Source: Monocercomonoides exilis PA203
Lineage: Eukaryota > Protista > Preaxostyla
Length of the DNA: 64,000 nt
Assembly (NCBI GenBank): GCA_001643675.2
Contig: LSRY02000009.1
Location: 930,001-994,000 of the forward strand
Direction of reading: 5' to 3'
The notes under the pieces: model-generated
Databases searched by the model: none
Told to the model about the DNA's origin: nothing
What the model saw: the letters and a program-made list of their open reading frames with translations, nothing else
Program-made: the position numbers and the translations under genes
Shown: piece by piece, positions 25,941 through 38,900 of the stretch
Layout: the number at the start of each line of letters is the position of its first letter
Position numbering within the stretch: position 1 is the first letter of the stretch

Positions 25941-27190
25941 TTATGCGTTTCTATTGAGAAAGAAAAATAAATTTGATTGTTCATTGAAAGCTGAAATCAG
26001 GTTCTGCGTCTCTTCAACACAAGGAACGGAAGTGATATCTTTGAAGGGATCATAAATTGTCAAATTATTTTCATTTATACACTCATCAAGACTAATTTGA
26101 GAGCGGCTTTGAAAGGAAAAAGAAGAGCAAAATGAGAAGGAATGTGAGGAAAAAGGATGTGATTTCATCTGAGGTGCTGAATAGGAGATGCGAAGGGAGT
26201 TTCTTGGAAAACGCTCTCGAGAAAATAAAGAGAAAGAGGAGTTGGAATAAGTAGATAATGATGCAAATTCCATTCCAAATTCCGTCTTTTCTTTCGTGTT
26301 CTGCTGAGTCATTTGCAGACCCTGCATCTTGCTCAGAAACAAGCGTCCCACTTCCTCATCGGGATTTTTGAGTTTGGACAGGCTGAGTGCCAGGCAGCAA
26401 TCAATGAATAGCTCAAGACAGCTCAGCAGCTGCTTGTCTTCTCTTGTTTGCTCAAAAGCCGTTTCATTGGAGATTGTTTTAGACAAATCAGTGATAGGAG
26501 GACGTTATGCATCATCACGCAACATTTTGTCGATTTGCATAAATTATGATGAATAGACAATCATCTAAGCAGTCTTTTTCAATGCAACTGGAACAAAAAC
26601 CAACTCAAGGAACATTCCACTCATTTTGCTCCTAAGCTTATTCTGCAGCACCCACATTGTCTCCAGAGTCAGCATCAACATTTATTTTTTTGTCTTCCCA
26701 AGAACAGAACCAGCCCAGTTTGTCAGTTCAAATGCAATTCACCACATATCCCATGCGTCCGCTTTCTGTCTCATTGAACAGTTCAGAATCACTTCCACAT
26801 ACGGATAGTTGTGAGATGTTTGGCAAGAAGATTGCATTATCTGCTCTCTTTTCCATTGATTCAGCAGATGCATAATTGCACAAACATGGACTTGAGATGC
26901 ATCAGTTCCAGACTCATGTTGTTGCAATGTTGTGTTTGATCAAGAAATTATTTCAGTGGAAGAAGGAGAAAGAAGAAGATAGAGCAATTTGAGCTGAATT
27001 AGAATGGGTCTGGCTTCTTTTCGCTGGTTGTGTCAATACGTTTTCAGGCTTCATATCTCATCACACAAATCCCTTGCAGTATGGACGTGCGAAGAATCAA
27101 TTCCAAATTGTGAATGAATTCTCTCACTGAAAAAATAGAAAGCATGTAGTCACCTCACATCTGAATCAAAACCTCTTGAAGAACACAACT
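25941..27190 (-). pseudogene. Decayed hypothetical helical protein gene
   Basis: 181-aa ORF 25941-26486 plus upstream coding-like but interrupted sequence; no recognisable domain. Confidence 0.3.
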
Positions 27191-27669
27191 GTTATTCAAA
27201 TGCAATATATAAATGATTTTCATGATGGAAATGCACTATTAAGTGTTCGATTCTTCTTTTTCCTTTTTCAGAGAACAACATCAATACCTCTTTCCTCTTC
27301 AAAACCTTTGCTTGCTTTTTTTTCTTCTTTGATCCAAAAAAGTTATTAATTTCTTTGATATTTATGATTTTTGATTCCTTCTTCAATTTCTGTTTTTGTG
27401 AGTTATTCTTCCTTTAGAGCAAATAAATTCAATAATAAATTTTCGTAAAATTTTTCAATCCTTCTTCAGCGCATTGCCAACTTGTCAAGTCTTCAAATTC
27501 TGCTCCTCGAATAATGAAATAAAAATAATGATCACACTCACACATTTCGAAACCTTCTCCAGTTATTTCCTCAAAAAAAATTGTTCACAAAAATAAAAAA
27601 TAATTTCCATTGGATAGCTTGATAAATTATCTGATGACGATGTTAATGGATGAGAAATGGAGAATCATA

Positions 27670-29389
27670 TGGGTATTTTTTTTTTTTTTGAAAAGTCACA
27701 AAATATTAATTGATCTTAAAATCAGATCATAAATGATCAGTATATTCTGATCATTCCGTTCCCATATAAATTCACAATTTAAATCATTCTTAGTGTTTTT
27801 TCTCTCTCTTCAAAAAAATATTTTTAATAATTGTCCATGTATCATAAATATTTTAAAACTTTTTTATCACTAACATTTTTAGTTAATATCATTTTCGTGT
27901 TACTTGAATCTACGAAGTGATATGTTTCAATTTCTTCGTTTTCATTTCATTATCGATATTTTTCGTTCAAAAATCTTTTAAATTTTGTTTTATTTTAAAA
28001 TGCACTTCTTTGTTCAAAAACAAATAATGAAAAAAGAGCTTTTTTTGGAATTTTTTTCTCGATATTTTTGATAGCGGAAATATTATTATTTCATGTGCTA
28101 AGCATTCAAATCACATTCAAATAAACGTGCTCAAAAGAAAAAGATTCAGATGTTGAATTGAAAAAATGAAATATACAGACAATTTATTTTTCGAAAAGCC
28201 CTAAAAATAGCAAACCAGAGAAAGAACAAGCCATGAATCAAAACCCTTGTTGTTTTGATATTAATCTTTCTTATTTTCGTATGTTTTTCATTTCATTTTG
28301 AATTCTTTGCATGAAGATATCCAGTTTTGTGCTTTTCAATCACTTGAGAAAAGGTTTGCAATTCTAACTGATCAAAATCTCTTGTCACATGAAGATGTTG
28401 TCTTTGTGCAGCTGTTGGAGCTTCTAGTGGGCGTGGTGGGGTATTTGAAAAGTCTTCTTGTTACAGGAGCGGAGCAGTAATCTTCTTATCGCTCAAGTCC
28501 TTTGTCTTTTTTATCATTATCTTAAATTCGGATGAGTAGAAAAGAAGTGGAGAAGGTTGCAGTGCATAAGCCCTTCATCTTCATTTTCATCGACAGTTGA
28601 TTCTTCGGAGGCATCGGTGGTAGCTGTGTTTAACACGTCATTAGCAGCGATGGACAGCATCGAAAGACGGCTGCGGATTGTGATGCCAGAATAACTTGGG
28701 CATATGTTCTGCACATGTCGCTGTCGCTGAAGATGCTGTGGGAACATGCTGTCATGTGGCTTGCTGTGAGGTTCGTGGACATTTAGAACATACGCAATGA
28801 AAAGCTTTCGGAGATGCTTTTTGTTCCGCTGGTGGCTCCGCTTCTGTCGCTTGCAATGTCTGTGGGAAAGAAGTTGGGGAGAAAGCGGATATTATCGGTG
28901 GCAGATATGAATGGTTATTGTCGATTAACGATCAATTTTTTCCATTCGCTGAAGATATGGCAATTGCAGTTGTTGAGGTGTGTGGAGTGAAACTGGACGA
29001 TAAAGTGACGGGGAGATGTGCAGCAATGTTTGAAAAGGGGAAGAGCTGAAGAACAAGAAGGAAGACCTGGAGAGGACGAAGGCGAACGCTTCTCAAACGC
29101 TAAGCAAAATGTACGGAAAGAGCGAGGGGCATGTTATGGAGCTGGGGGTGGAAAAGGAGGAGCTGGGGATGCATATCTGGGAGACGAGAGAACAGCACGA
29201 TGAGGCGAAGCATGAGATGGAGAAGCGGTATTCGGAGTTCAATATGATGCTGCAGAAGATCTGGGACGACGAGCGGATCTCGAAGCGGACGAACGGGCTG
29301 GTGGAGCAGCTGCAGCAGAATGACAAGATCAAATGATGCGAGAGAGGAAGATTCTGCAGCTGAGCGAGAAGCACAACACAGAGGTGAAG
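27670..29389. repeat. Left arm of 1.7-kb inverted repeat
   Basis: 27706-29389 is the reverse complement of 33216-34899 (identical ORFs mirrored, coordinate sum 62605); 27670-27705 matches 39493-39522 beyond the DIRS insertion. Confidence 0.92.
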
Positions 29390-31100
29390 GAGCTGCAGCA
29401 GCTGGTGGTGATGAATGTGAATGTGGAATTGACTAATGTGGGTATTGAGAAGGATAAGATGAAGCAGAAATATCTGTGTAGGTTGATGAGCGGGAACAGG
29501 AAATTGAAACTTGGGGATTTACGGCCACACTTGCTACGCCTTCTTCGTTGTCGTCTGCGGGAGGTGGGGAGGTTCAGTCTTTGGCTTTGTTGATTCTGCA
29601 GTTGGGGCTGTGTGAAAAGAGTCAAGAGAAGATTGCAGAGAGCTTCAAATGGAAGTGCTGTGATACTTGAGCCAGAGCCGACGGGAAAGGTGTTGTTGTG
29701 AAAGTTTGGAGCGGAGTGAGCATAGTGGGAGAAGCAAATAGCTGTGGAGGAGAGAGTTTCTGTATGGAGAAGTGGGGGGTACAAATGTGTGGCAGAAGAG
29801 AAACAAGATGGAGATGGAAATGAAGATGCTGATGGAGCAGTCGAAAGCGCAGGAGCAGACGATCTGAAAACAAAAGGCGCTATTCGAGGAGGCGATTGAG
29901 AATCAGTGGATGGCACTTGCGCAAAAGAGCAGGATTAAAAGATAATGAATGCGTCGTATGAAAAGATGGCGCAGCGCCTGGTTTGGTAGGTGAAGGGAAG
30001 GTGGAGCAGGGGAGAAAGTGGTTGGAGAGGGAACTTTTCTGGCGGGGTTGACAGCGATGGAGCGGCTGATGAACGCAGTGTCTCAGATGCGGTGGTAGGT
30101 TGCGTACGAAACAGCGAACGTGCTTTGGTTGCCGCCAACGTGGAGGTCATCAGTTCCGATGCAGATGCTGTTGATGCTGCTGAAGACAGGACTTAAACAG
30201 AAGCTGGCGTGGACGCTGTCGAAGATCCAGGGAATAAATAGAGAGAAGATCGAAGCAGACTTGGGTAGGGCAATCTTAAGTGGGATGGTGGTTCCGAGGC
30301 AAAGGTTTGAGGACTTAGTGTGTATGTGGATGTAGGAGAATAATGCAGAGCAGAAAAAGAGTGAAGCAGCTTTGTGGGCATAATCTGTGGTGTGAAGCTG
30401 TTCCGGAAGGACTTTGCAGGGATGTGGCCATCTGGGGTATTTGTGCGGAATGAGTAAATTGGAGGTGAAATGCAGTTTTCATTCATTTAGACGGTGTTTG
30501 AAGTTGTATCGGAGAAAAGATGAAAGTGTTTTTTGTTGTTTGAGGGAATAAAGTCGGAAAAGAGAAAAACCGAAATATTTGTGTTTCCATCGTTTTTCTG
30601 AACAACTTCCGAGCAGTAGCAGCTTCCGGATGTTTGTGATGAAACTTATCTGCGAAGTCCTCATCTGCAGTCTTTGAATAATGAGATTGTGAAGACAGCG
30701 AGATGCGCTGAACAACTTAATGCGGGAACTTTATGCAGTATTGAATGTGGCGGGGGAATGGATTGGGCTGAAGCTACCAGAAGAGATTATTCAGTCGGTG
30801 GAGGAGAATGAAAACGGGAAGAAGGCGTTGTTCCAGATGGCGCGGCTGCTATGATGGCTGTTGTCGATGAAACTGTGGAGGAACGACTCAAAAAAGGCGA
30901 TCTGCTTTGATCTTCCTTTGGAGGATAGGCAGTGATTGGCGCAGTTTCTAAAGACTGTGGCATAGCGGAGGGAGTTGATGGCGAAGCCTTGTAATGTTCT
31001 TTATTGGTATTGACATCTTCGTTTTCATGTTCTTCTTCAAATCATTCTTCCTCTTCCTCCCACTCCTCTTTCTCTTTTTTCTCTTTTATTCTTTTCTTAT
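28900..31100 (+). pseudogene. Decayed copy of an unknown ~3-kb repeated gene/element family (coiled-coil N-terminal part)
   Basis: Fragments ERKILQLSEKHNTEVK and LLMLLKTGLKQKLAWTLSKIQG match fragments at 32.4-33.5 kb (-) and 61-62.7 kb (-). Confidence 0.5.
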
Positions 31101-32149
31101 AAATTTTGATTTTCTCAATTTTTCTTCTTCACTTGATTTTATTTCATCGATAAACCTCATTCTCCATCCATATCCTGTTTCTTTTAACATTCATTTTCTT
31201 TCAAAGCATTCTTCGAAAGAAACAAATATATAGTCAACATTGAGAATGTTTTGTCTTCTTTTTGTTTATTTCTGAGTGAATAATGGAAAATAAGAAGGAA
31301 AGGAGGAGGAGAAGAAGGAAGAGGAAGATGATGATTCTTGAAAATATATTGGCTCCTTCTCTTTCCCATTGCCGTTCCATTCTATTGTGATACAGCTCTT
31401 CACACCTGCCAATCACACAGCTGCATCCCAAAGTTGATCTTATTTCCCATCTCGTTCTTTTCAGCTGCAGCCCCACTAGCCCCACAAACAACCCAATCAT
31501 CCACAACAATGCCCGCTGCCCTTCTTTCTTCTTATCAGCCTGCTGCATAGACTCCATCCGCAGTTTCTGAACCACATCCACCCCTACCCATACCCTTGCA
31601 CATGTTGATGCCACCGAAATCACCAGCACTTGGCCATTCAGAGCCATCTTCAGCAGCGCAAAATGCAGACTAACTGTCTTCTTAACTGTCCTTTTCTCAG
31701 ATGGATACAGATATGCTCAAATTTCGGAGGAATTAAATATATCCTGATGTTTCAGTTACAGCGTGAAGAAGAAATTGCGATGACACGCCTCCAGCACCGA
31801 CACAAATAATGGCAAACAGCACCCAGACAGCATGCACACATCCCGAAAGATCCGCAGTAACAGCGCGTGCTGTATCTGCAGAATGCTCTCTCACAAAAGA
31901 GACTCTTTCTACGAATACGTCATCCCTCACCAAGCTTCGTGAGATGATGATGAAAAAGTCAATGAATCGCATCAGCGAATCTCATTATGCAGCTCCATTA
32001 TCACCTCCTTTTTTCATCTTTTCTTCTGCTCAGGTGTTATTCAACAGAAACCCTAGAAACGCAGGCGAGTATTCTTCTCACTTCTCCGAATAAAATCCCT
32101 CTAACTCCTCTAAAAATACATCTCGATATTCTTATCCGAAGCCTCTTTA

Positions 32150-33700
32150 ACAGCTGTATTGATTCACTTCCAAAACATCCTATACAACATCATTAGGAAG
32201 ATCTAGCTCTCTTCTGAAAGTGGCTTCAACTGAAAACCTTCAAATAGCACTTTGCAGTTGTCTTGAAAACCACAACTTGATTCCTTTGCACTCCTCCTGC
32301 ACAAACTTCCCGAACAACAACACATCCACAAAGTCCTTTTGAAACAGCTCCACAACAAAAATCATCTTTAATTGTGCGGCCTCACTCTTCTTCTGCGCTG
32401 CGTGCTTCACCCTCAGCCACATGAATATATAATCCCCAAACTACTGCCTCGGAACCACCACTCTCACAAACACAGCGCTGCCCTCTCCCAAGTCTGTTGC
32501 GAGCTTGTCTCCAAATATCCCCAGAATCAACGTCAGCTTCCACACCAACGATGGCTGCAGCCCTATTTTCAGCGGCTTCAACAAACGCTTCATCCACACA
32601 GACGACTGCAACTTGATCGGTATCCAAAGCTCATGTTTCGCATCGTGCGCAACCAGCCCAAGTGACCAAGAAACCGTTCTCATCTGATGCTCCATCCTCT
32701 CTTCAAACAACTCCTTCTTTTTCTTCTGCTCCCATTTCTATTGCACAAGCTCCGTCCGCAGCTCTCATTCATCAATTGAACAGCGCCTTCTACATGTGTA
32801 TTATCCTTTCCTGTTCTTTTGACAGCACCATTCTTTTCTATCTTTCGCTGATCCCAGATCTCGTTCCTTCACTTCCACCACCTCCTCAACCACAGCTGTT
32901 TGTTTTACTAACAACATTTATCGCGCTCCTCACTTTCACAACAACAACCTTCCAAGAGGAGTACATCTCAAGCATCACAGCGCTACCACCACAATGCTCG
33001 CTGTAAACTTCTCCTTGTGCTTTTCGTACAGCCCCAACAACAGAATCAAGGAAACCAAAGATGGAACCATCCCATAACAAACAGAGAAACCAAAGAAGAA
33101 AATGTGGCAATTGTAACCTCCGATCAGCCATTTTCCACTTTTCATCCACACCCACCACTCCTCCTTGCAGTGCACAGCACTTCTTCTCCTTTACCTGCTT
33201 CACCTGCTTCACCTGCTTCACCTCTGTGTTGTGCTTCTCGCTCAGCTGCAGAATCTTCCTCTCTCGCATCATTTGATCTTGTCATTCTGCTGCAGCTGCT
33301 CCACCAGCCCGTTCGTCCGCTTCGAGATCCGCTCGTCGTCCCAGATCTTCTGCAGCATCATATTGAACTCCGAATACCGCTTCTCCATCTCATGCTTCGC
33401 CTCATCGTGCTGTTCTCTCGTCTCCCAGATATGCATCCCCAGCTCCTCCTTTTCCACCCCCAGCTCCATAACATGCCCCTCGCTCTTTCCGTACATTTTG
33501 CTTAGCGTTTGAGAAGCGTTCGCCTTCGTCCTCTCCAGGTCTTCCTTCTTGTTCTTCAGCTCTTCCCCTTTTCAAACATTGCTGCACATCTCCCCGTCAC
33601 TTTATCGTCCAGTTTCACTCCACACACCTCAACAACTGCAATTGCCATATCTTCAGCGAATGGAAAAAATTGATCGTTAATCGACAATAACCATTCATAT
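32150..33700 (-). pseudogene. Second decayed copy of the same family, convergent with the first
   Basis: ERKILQLSEKHNTEVKQVKQVK; RLLKPLKIGLQPSLVWKLTLILG. Confidence 0.5.
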
Positions 33701-34899
33701 CTGCCACCGATAATATCCGCTTTCTCCCCAACTTCTTTCCCACAGACATTGCAAGCGACAGAAGCGGAGCCACCAGCGGAACAAAAAGCATCTCCGAAAG
33801 CTTTTCATTGCGTATGTTCTAAATGTCCACGAACCTCACAGCAAGCCACATGACAGCATGTTCCCACAGCATCTTCAGCGACAGCGACATGTGCAGAACA
33901 TATGCCCAAGTTATTCTGGCATCACAATCCGCAGCCGTCTTTCGATGCTGTCCATCGCTGCTAATGACGTGTTAAACACAGCTACCACCGATGCCTCCGA
34001 AGAATCAACTGTCGATGAAAATGAAGATGAAGGGCTTATGCACTGCAACCTTCTCCACTTCTTTTCTACTCATCCGAATTTAAGATAATGATAAAAAAGA
34101 CAAAGGACTTGAGCGATAAGAAGATTACTGCTCCGCTCCTGTAACAAGAAGACTTTTCAAATACCCCACCACGCCCACTAGAAGCTCCAACAGCTGCACA
34201 AAGACAACATCTTCATGTGACAAGAGATTTTGATCAGTTAGAATTGCAAACCTTTTCTCAAGTGATTGAAAAGCACAAAACTGGATATCTTCATGCAAAG
34301 AATTCAAAATGAAATGAAAAACATACGAAAATAAGAAAGATTAATATCAAAACAACAAGGGTTTTGATTCATGGCTTGTTCTTTCTCTGGTTTGCTATTT
34401 TTAGGGCTTTTCGAAAAATAAATTGTCTGTATATTTCATTTTTTCAATTCAACATCTGAATCTTTTTCTTTTGAGCACGTTTATTTGAATGTGATTTGAA
34501 TGCTTAGCACATGAAATAATAATATTTCCGCTATCAAAAATATCGAGAAAAAAATTCCAAAAAAAGCTCTTTTTTCATTATTTGTTTTTGAACAAAGAAG
34601 TGCATTTTAAAATAAAACAAAATTTAAAAGATTTTTGAACGAAAAATATCGATAATGAAATGAAAACGAAGAAATTGAAACATATCACTTCGTAGATTCA
34701 AGTAACACGAAAATGATATTAACTAAAAATGTTAGTGATAAAAAAGTTTTAAAATATTTATGATACATGGACAATTATTAAAAATATTTTTTTGAAGAGA
34801 GAGAAAAAACACTAAGAATGATTTAAATTGTGAATTTATATGGGAACGGAATGATCAGAATATACTGATCATTTATGATCTGATTTTAAGATCAATTAA
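33216..34899. repeat. Right arm of 1.7-kb inverted repeat (interrupted at its outer end by the DIRS element)
   Basis: Reverse complement of 27706-29389. Confidence 0.92.
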
Positions 34900-34997
34900 A
34901 GTGCATAAGCACCTTAATTATCAAGAAAGTGTTTCATCAATTCCTTCTCTTGTTTGAGAGACGCCACAATCTATGGGTCAGTCGCCACATTAGATCA

Positions 34998-35912
34998 ATG
35001 ATGTCTGCTTCGCAATTCCCTCCGATTGTTGGACTTACGCCGTCGGCTGATTCTGCAATGCAGCACAGTGGGGCGCAAAGCCAACCAGGGACCTTGTCAC
35101 AACCTAACATCTTTTCTTCCTCTTCAATTTTTTCACCTTCTTCATCGGAAGGTTAAGCACAGGAGTTGACCCCTTCAGCTGACAGAAAGGAAAACGAAGA
35201 TGACTTAGAGATATCTCAACGTATTTGTCAGGAGTTTGAGGACATTTTCGGACAAACGCCGAATATTTCAATTTTTGATCTAAGGATTTCCCCAAGATCC
35301 GTTCAAGATGTTGTTGAGGAGTATAAGACACAGGATTTTAGCCCGTTGTTATCGCTTGAACCGCCCACTGCCAAGAGAACAGAAAACTGGATTAAAGACG
35401 CATTAGATCAGGCGGGGTACAAGGTGGAGATTTTTCTTTTCCAGGCGATTAAAGCTGCGCTCATAGGTTTAGCCGAGATACCGACTTCAAGTGAAGGTGC
35501 AAAACAAAGGCTTGCTGACATCTTGATAATGATTACCAGGGCTCTTCAAGAGGCACGAACGGTTCGAATTCAAGGCAGGTTTGGTTTCAGGGCTGCCACA
35601 GCGATGAGCACAGACGCTTCTACAGGAATTCTCACAGAGAGACAGGAACTGATTCTCAAAGAAACAAGGCAGGAAGCCAAGCTAGAGAGAGGCTTCCAGA
35701 GACCAGCACTTCCTATTACACGTGTTCAGGCTCCTGTTAGAGAACAACCAGGAACACTTCAAAGAAGATTCAGTTATCCCATTTCTCACACAAATACACG
35801 GTTTTTTCGGAGATACCCCCGGTCCTCAGCCCCCACAAGAAGACAGCAATTCGGAAGAAGGAGGAACCAGAGCAGTTGGAGCAGGAGACCAGGGGTGCGT
35901 CAACAATTTTAG
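34998..35912 (+). CDS. DIRS gag-like ORF1 (one in-frame TAA at 35154-35156)
   Basis: ATG 34998 is in the same frame as ORF 35166-35912; Arg-rich C-terminus; homologous remnants at ~51.5-51.9 kb and ~57.4-58.3 kb on the minus strand. Confidence 0.7.
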
Positions 35913-38900
35913 GTCCAATTCACAAGGAAACAGAGCAGAGGAGGCACATTGGAGGGAGAACCGCTTTGTTTCTCTCAGCATGGAAGCGAATCGGAGGAGA
36001 GAAATTGATAAGCAATGGAGTTCAGGCCATGTGGAAAAGCAAGCAGTCCAGGAAAGCTCTCAGCAGAGCCCAGTTCAGAGATGGAGCGTGTCTACTCAAC
36101 CAACAAAAGATCGAGGAATTCAAGAAAATATTAGAAGAACAGTTACGAACAGGAGTTGTTATCCCAATGGAGCAGAGGGAGGTCAAACACAGAAACAATG
36201 TATTTCTCATTCAAAAGAAGTCAGGAAGCTGGAGACAGATTCTCGATTGTCGGAAACTAAACGCAGCAGTGAAGAGAACACATTTCAAGTGCGACGGAGA
36301 AAAAACAGTAGAACGGCTAATAAGACGGAAAGATTACGCAGTATCCCTGGACTTGGAACAAGCTTATTATTTAATTCCAGTTTCAAAAGAACTAATTCCC
36401 TATCTTGCTTTCAGATTCATGGGAAAAGACTACTCCTTCAAAGGCATGCCTTTCGGCTTTGTAGATGCACCGCGCCTGTTCACACATATAATGAGGAAGG
36501 TGACAGCGGAGATAAGAAGAAGATGGGATGTCAGAGTCGTTGCCTATTTGGACGATCTTCTTTTTCTGCATCAAGATCAAGAAGTCTTGAAGAACATAAT
36601 ACAGGAGATAATCGTATTTTTGGAAAGCCTCGGTCTGCTGATAAACAAGAAGAAGTGCAACCTCATTCCGAGTTCGCAGTTCAGTTTCCTGGGATTCAAA
36701 TGGAACACAACCAGCTTCGATGTTTGCCTTACGGAGGAAAGAAAAAAGGCACTGAGAGAACTGTGTCGCTCGTGGGAGAGAAGGTGTTTAAGAGCCAAGA
36801 CAGTCAGAGTGAAGGATTTCGCATCATTCGTGGGAAAGCTCAGTGCAACGCGCTTCGTTCTTTCAGACGCATCTTTACACCTCCAATCCATCTACAAATT
36901 GTTGCAGAAAGGAGTTACGACAGGCGGATGGGATGGAATGATGAAGCTGAATGCGTCAATCCTCCTGCAGATAAGAAAATGGAGATGGATGTTGATGAAG
37001 AACCCCAGACGCAGACTAACTCCAGTGTTTATTCCAGAAGCAGCGCTCACCACAGATGCATCAGAAAGCTCCTGGGGAGCAACCCTCAGACTAAACAGAA
37101 TGTCACTAGATTGTCACAGTCGCTTTCCATTCGCGGTGAAAAACCAATCATCCAACTTCAGAGAACTAAAAGCCGTGGAACTTGCCCTAACACATTTTGC
37201 ACCAATCCTAGCAGAGAATCGGATTTCACAGTTGCAACTTCGTTCAGACAACTCAGCAGTTGTTTTCAACGTGAACAGATGGAATGCAGGAAGGAATCTC
37301 CGTCAAACGCTCAAAAGGATATGGATATTGAAGGAGAAACTGAAGATAGTCCTGAGAGCAGTTCATCTCCCCGGATCGCGAAACACAAGAGCCGATGCTT
37401 TTTCCCGCCTGGAAAGAGCAGGAGACTACAGCATTGCAGACAGCGAGCTCAAAGAAATCTTGTCTGTTCTTCAAGTTACTCCAACGCTGGACGTCTTTGC
37501 AGCTCAGCACAACCACAAGGTCGATCGTTGGTGCGGAATTGGAAGCCCATTGGGAGAAGACGGTCTAGCATATCCATGGAAGAACGAGTGCGTTCTGGCA
37601 CACCCCCCAATTCCACTGATTCCAATGACGATTCGGAAGGCACAGAAGGAGAGAGTACCAGTAGTATTACTCCTGCCGAACTGGAAGGGGCAGAACTGGG
37701 ATGTGCTATTGGAGAAGACGCCTCATCAGACATTCGAATGGAGGAGTCTGAGAACAGTACTGAGAAAGGGTCCATCAATGGCAAGCACAGGTGCATGTCT
37801 TCCTCCAGGCAGGTAAAGAGTCATATTGATCAATCCACAAGAGTTAAAGGCGAGAGCTGGTGGAGAAGGGCTTTGGAAGAAAGATCTTTCCCAGTTTCAT
37901 TGGCAGAGGAGTGCATATCGGGAATTGCTCAGTCGACGTGGGATGGATATTTATTCGGCTTCGCACACTTTGGAGAACAGTGGGAAAAGAGTGATATGGG
38001 CATAATTCCAGAGGATATTCACGAGTGGGCAGCTCGATGTTCCAGCATATTTATTACACTTAGAGACAATGGAATGAAGCTGTCATGTTTGCAGCTCATC
38101 CGCTCAGCAGTTTCATTTTTCACAAGCTTGGTTTACAACACAAATTTAGGGGATATTCCGATAATAAAAATATTGTTTAGAGGGTTTAGAAGAACAGAGA
38201 GGACAAGAAAAAAGAAGGTCCAAGAAATTTGGAATCCGAAGACCATTCTGACATTCTTTTCTAATCTTGGAGAAAACCAAAGCTTGAGTTTCAAACATCT
38301 GACAATGAAAGCCATTGTGCTCACCATGCTATTCACTGCGTGCAGGTTTACAGAGTTGGAAAGAGTAGATATGGAACGATCCAGATTCGAGCAGGAAGGA
38401 ATATATCTAGACACAAGGCTAAAAACATCGCTTAATCGAACAGAAATTGCTGTTCCTTTTTTAAATGAAAGCCCTTCAATTTGCCCAGCTTCGGCCATTC
38501 AAGTTTTGTGGGAAGAGATAAAGAAAAGAGAACCAGATGGAAATAAATTGTTTTTAAATACCGAAACTTTTCACCCTCTTACAGTAAAAGGTATTAGACG
38601 ATTGGCAAAGGAGACGTTGAAGGAAGCAGGAATTCCAGGCCATTTCACTCCTTATTCAATAAAGGCTGCAACGCTTTCAACGCTAACGATGTCTGGAATT
38701 CCACCAACTCAGATTGCGAAGTTTGCCCGTCTTTCCCCTAGAACAGACACTTTGGTGAAGCATTATGTGAAGGCCAATCTTGCTTCAACCTTGGGGAAAG
38801 TGATCGCCTCAACTATGAACGTTCACAGTGAAGAGTTAGCAAACAATCCGTGTGCAGAAAATGGTGTCAAGATGTGCGTCAGACCAGACAGAGACCAGAA

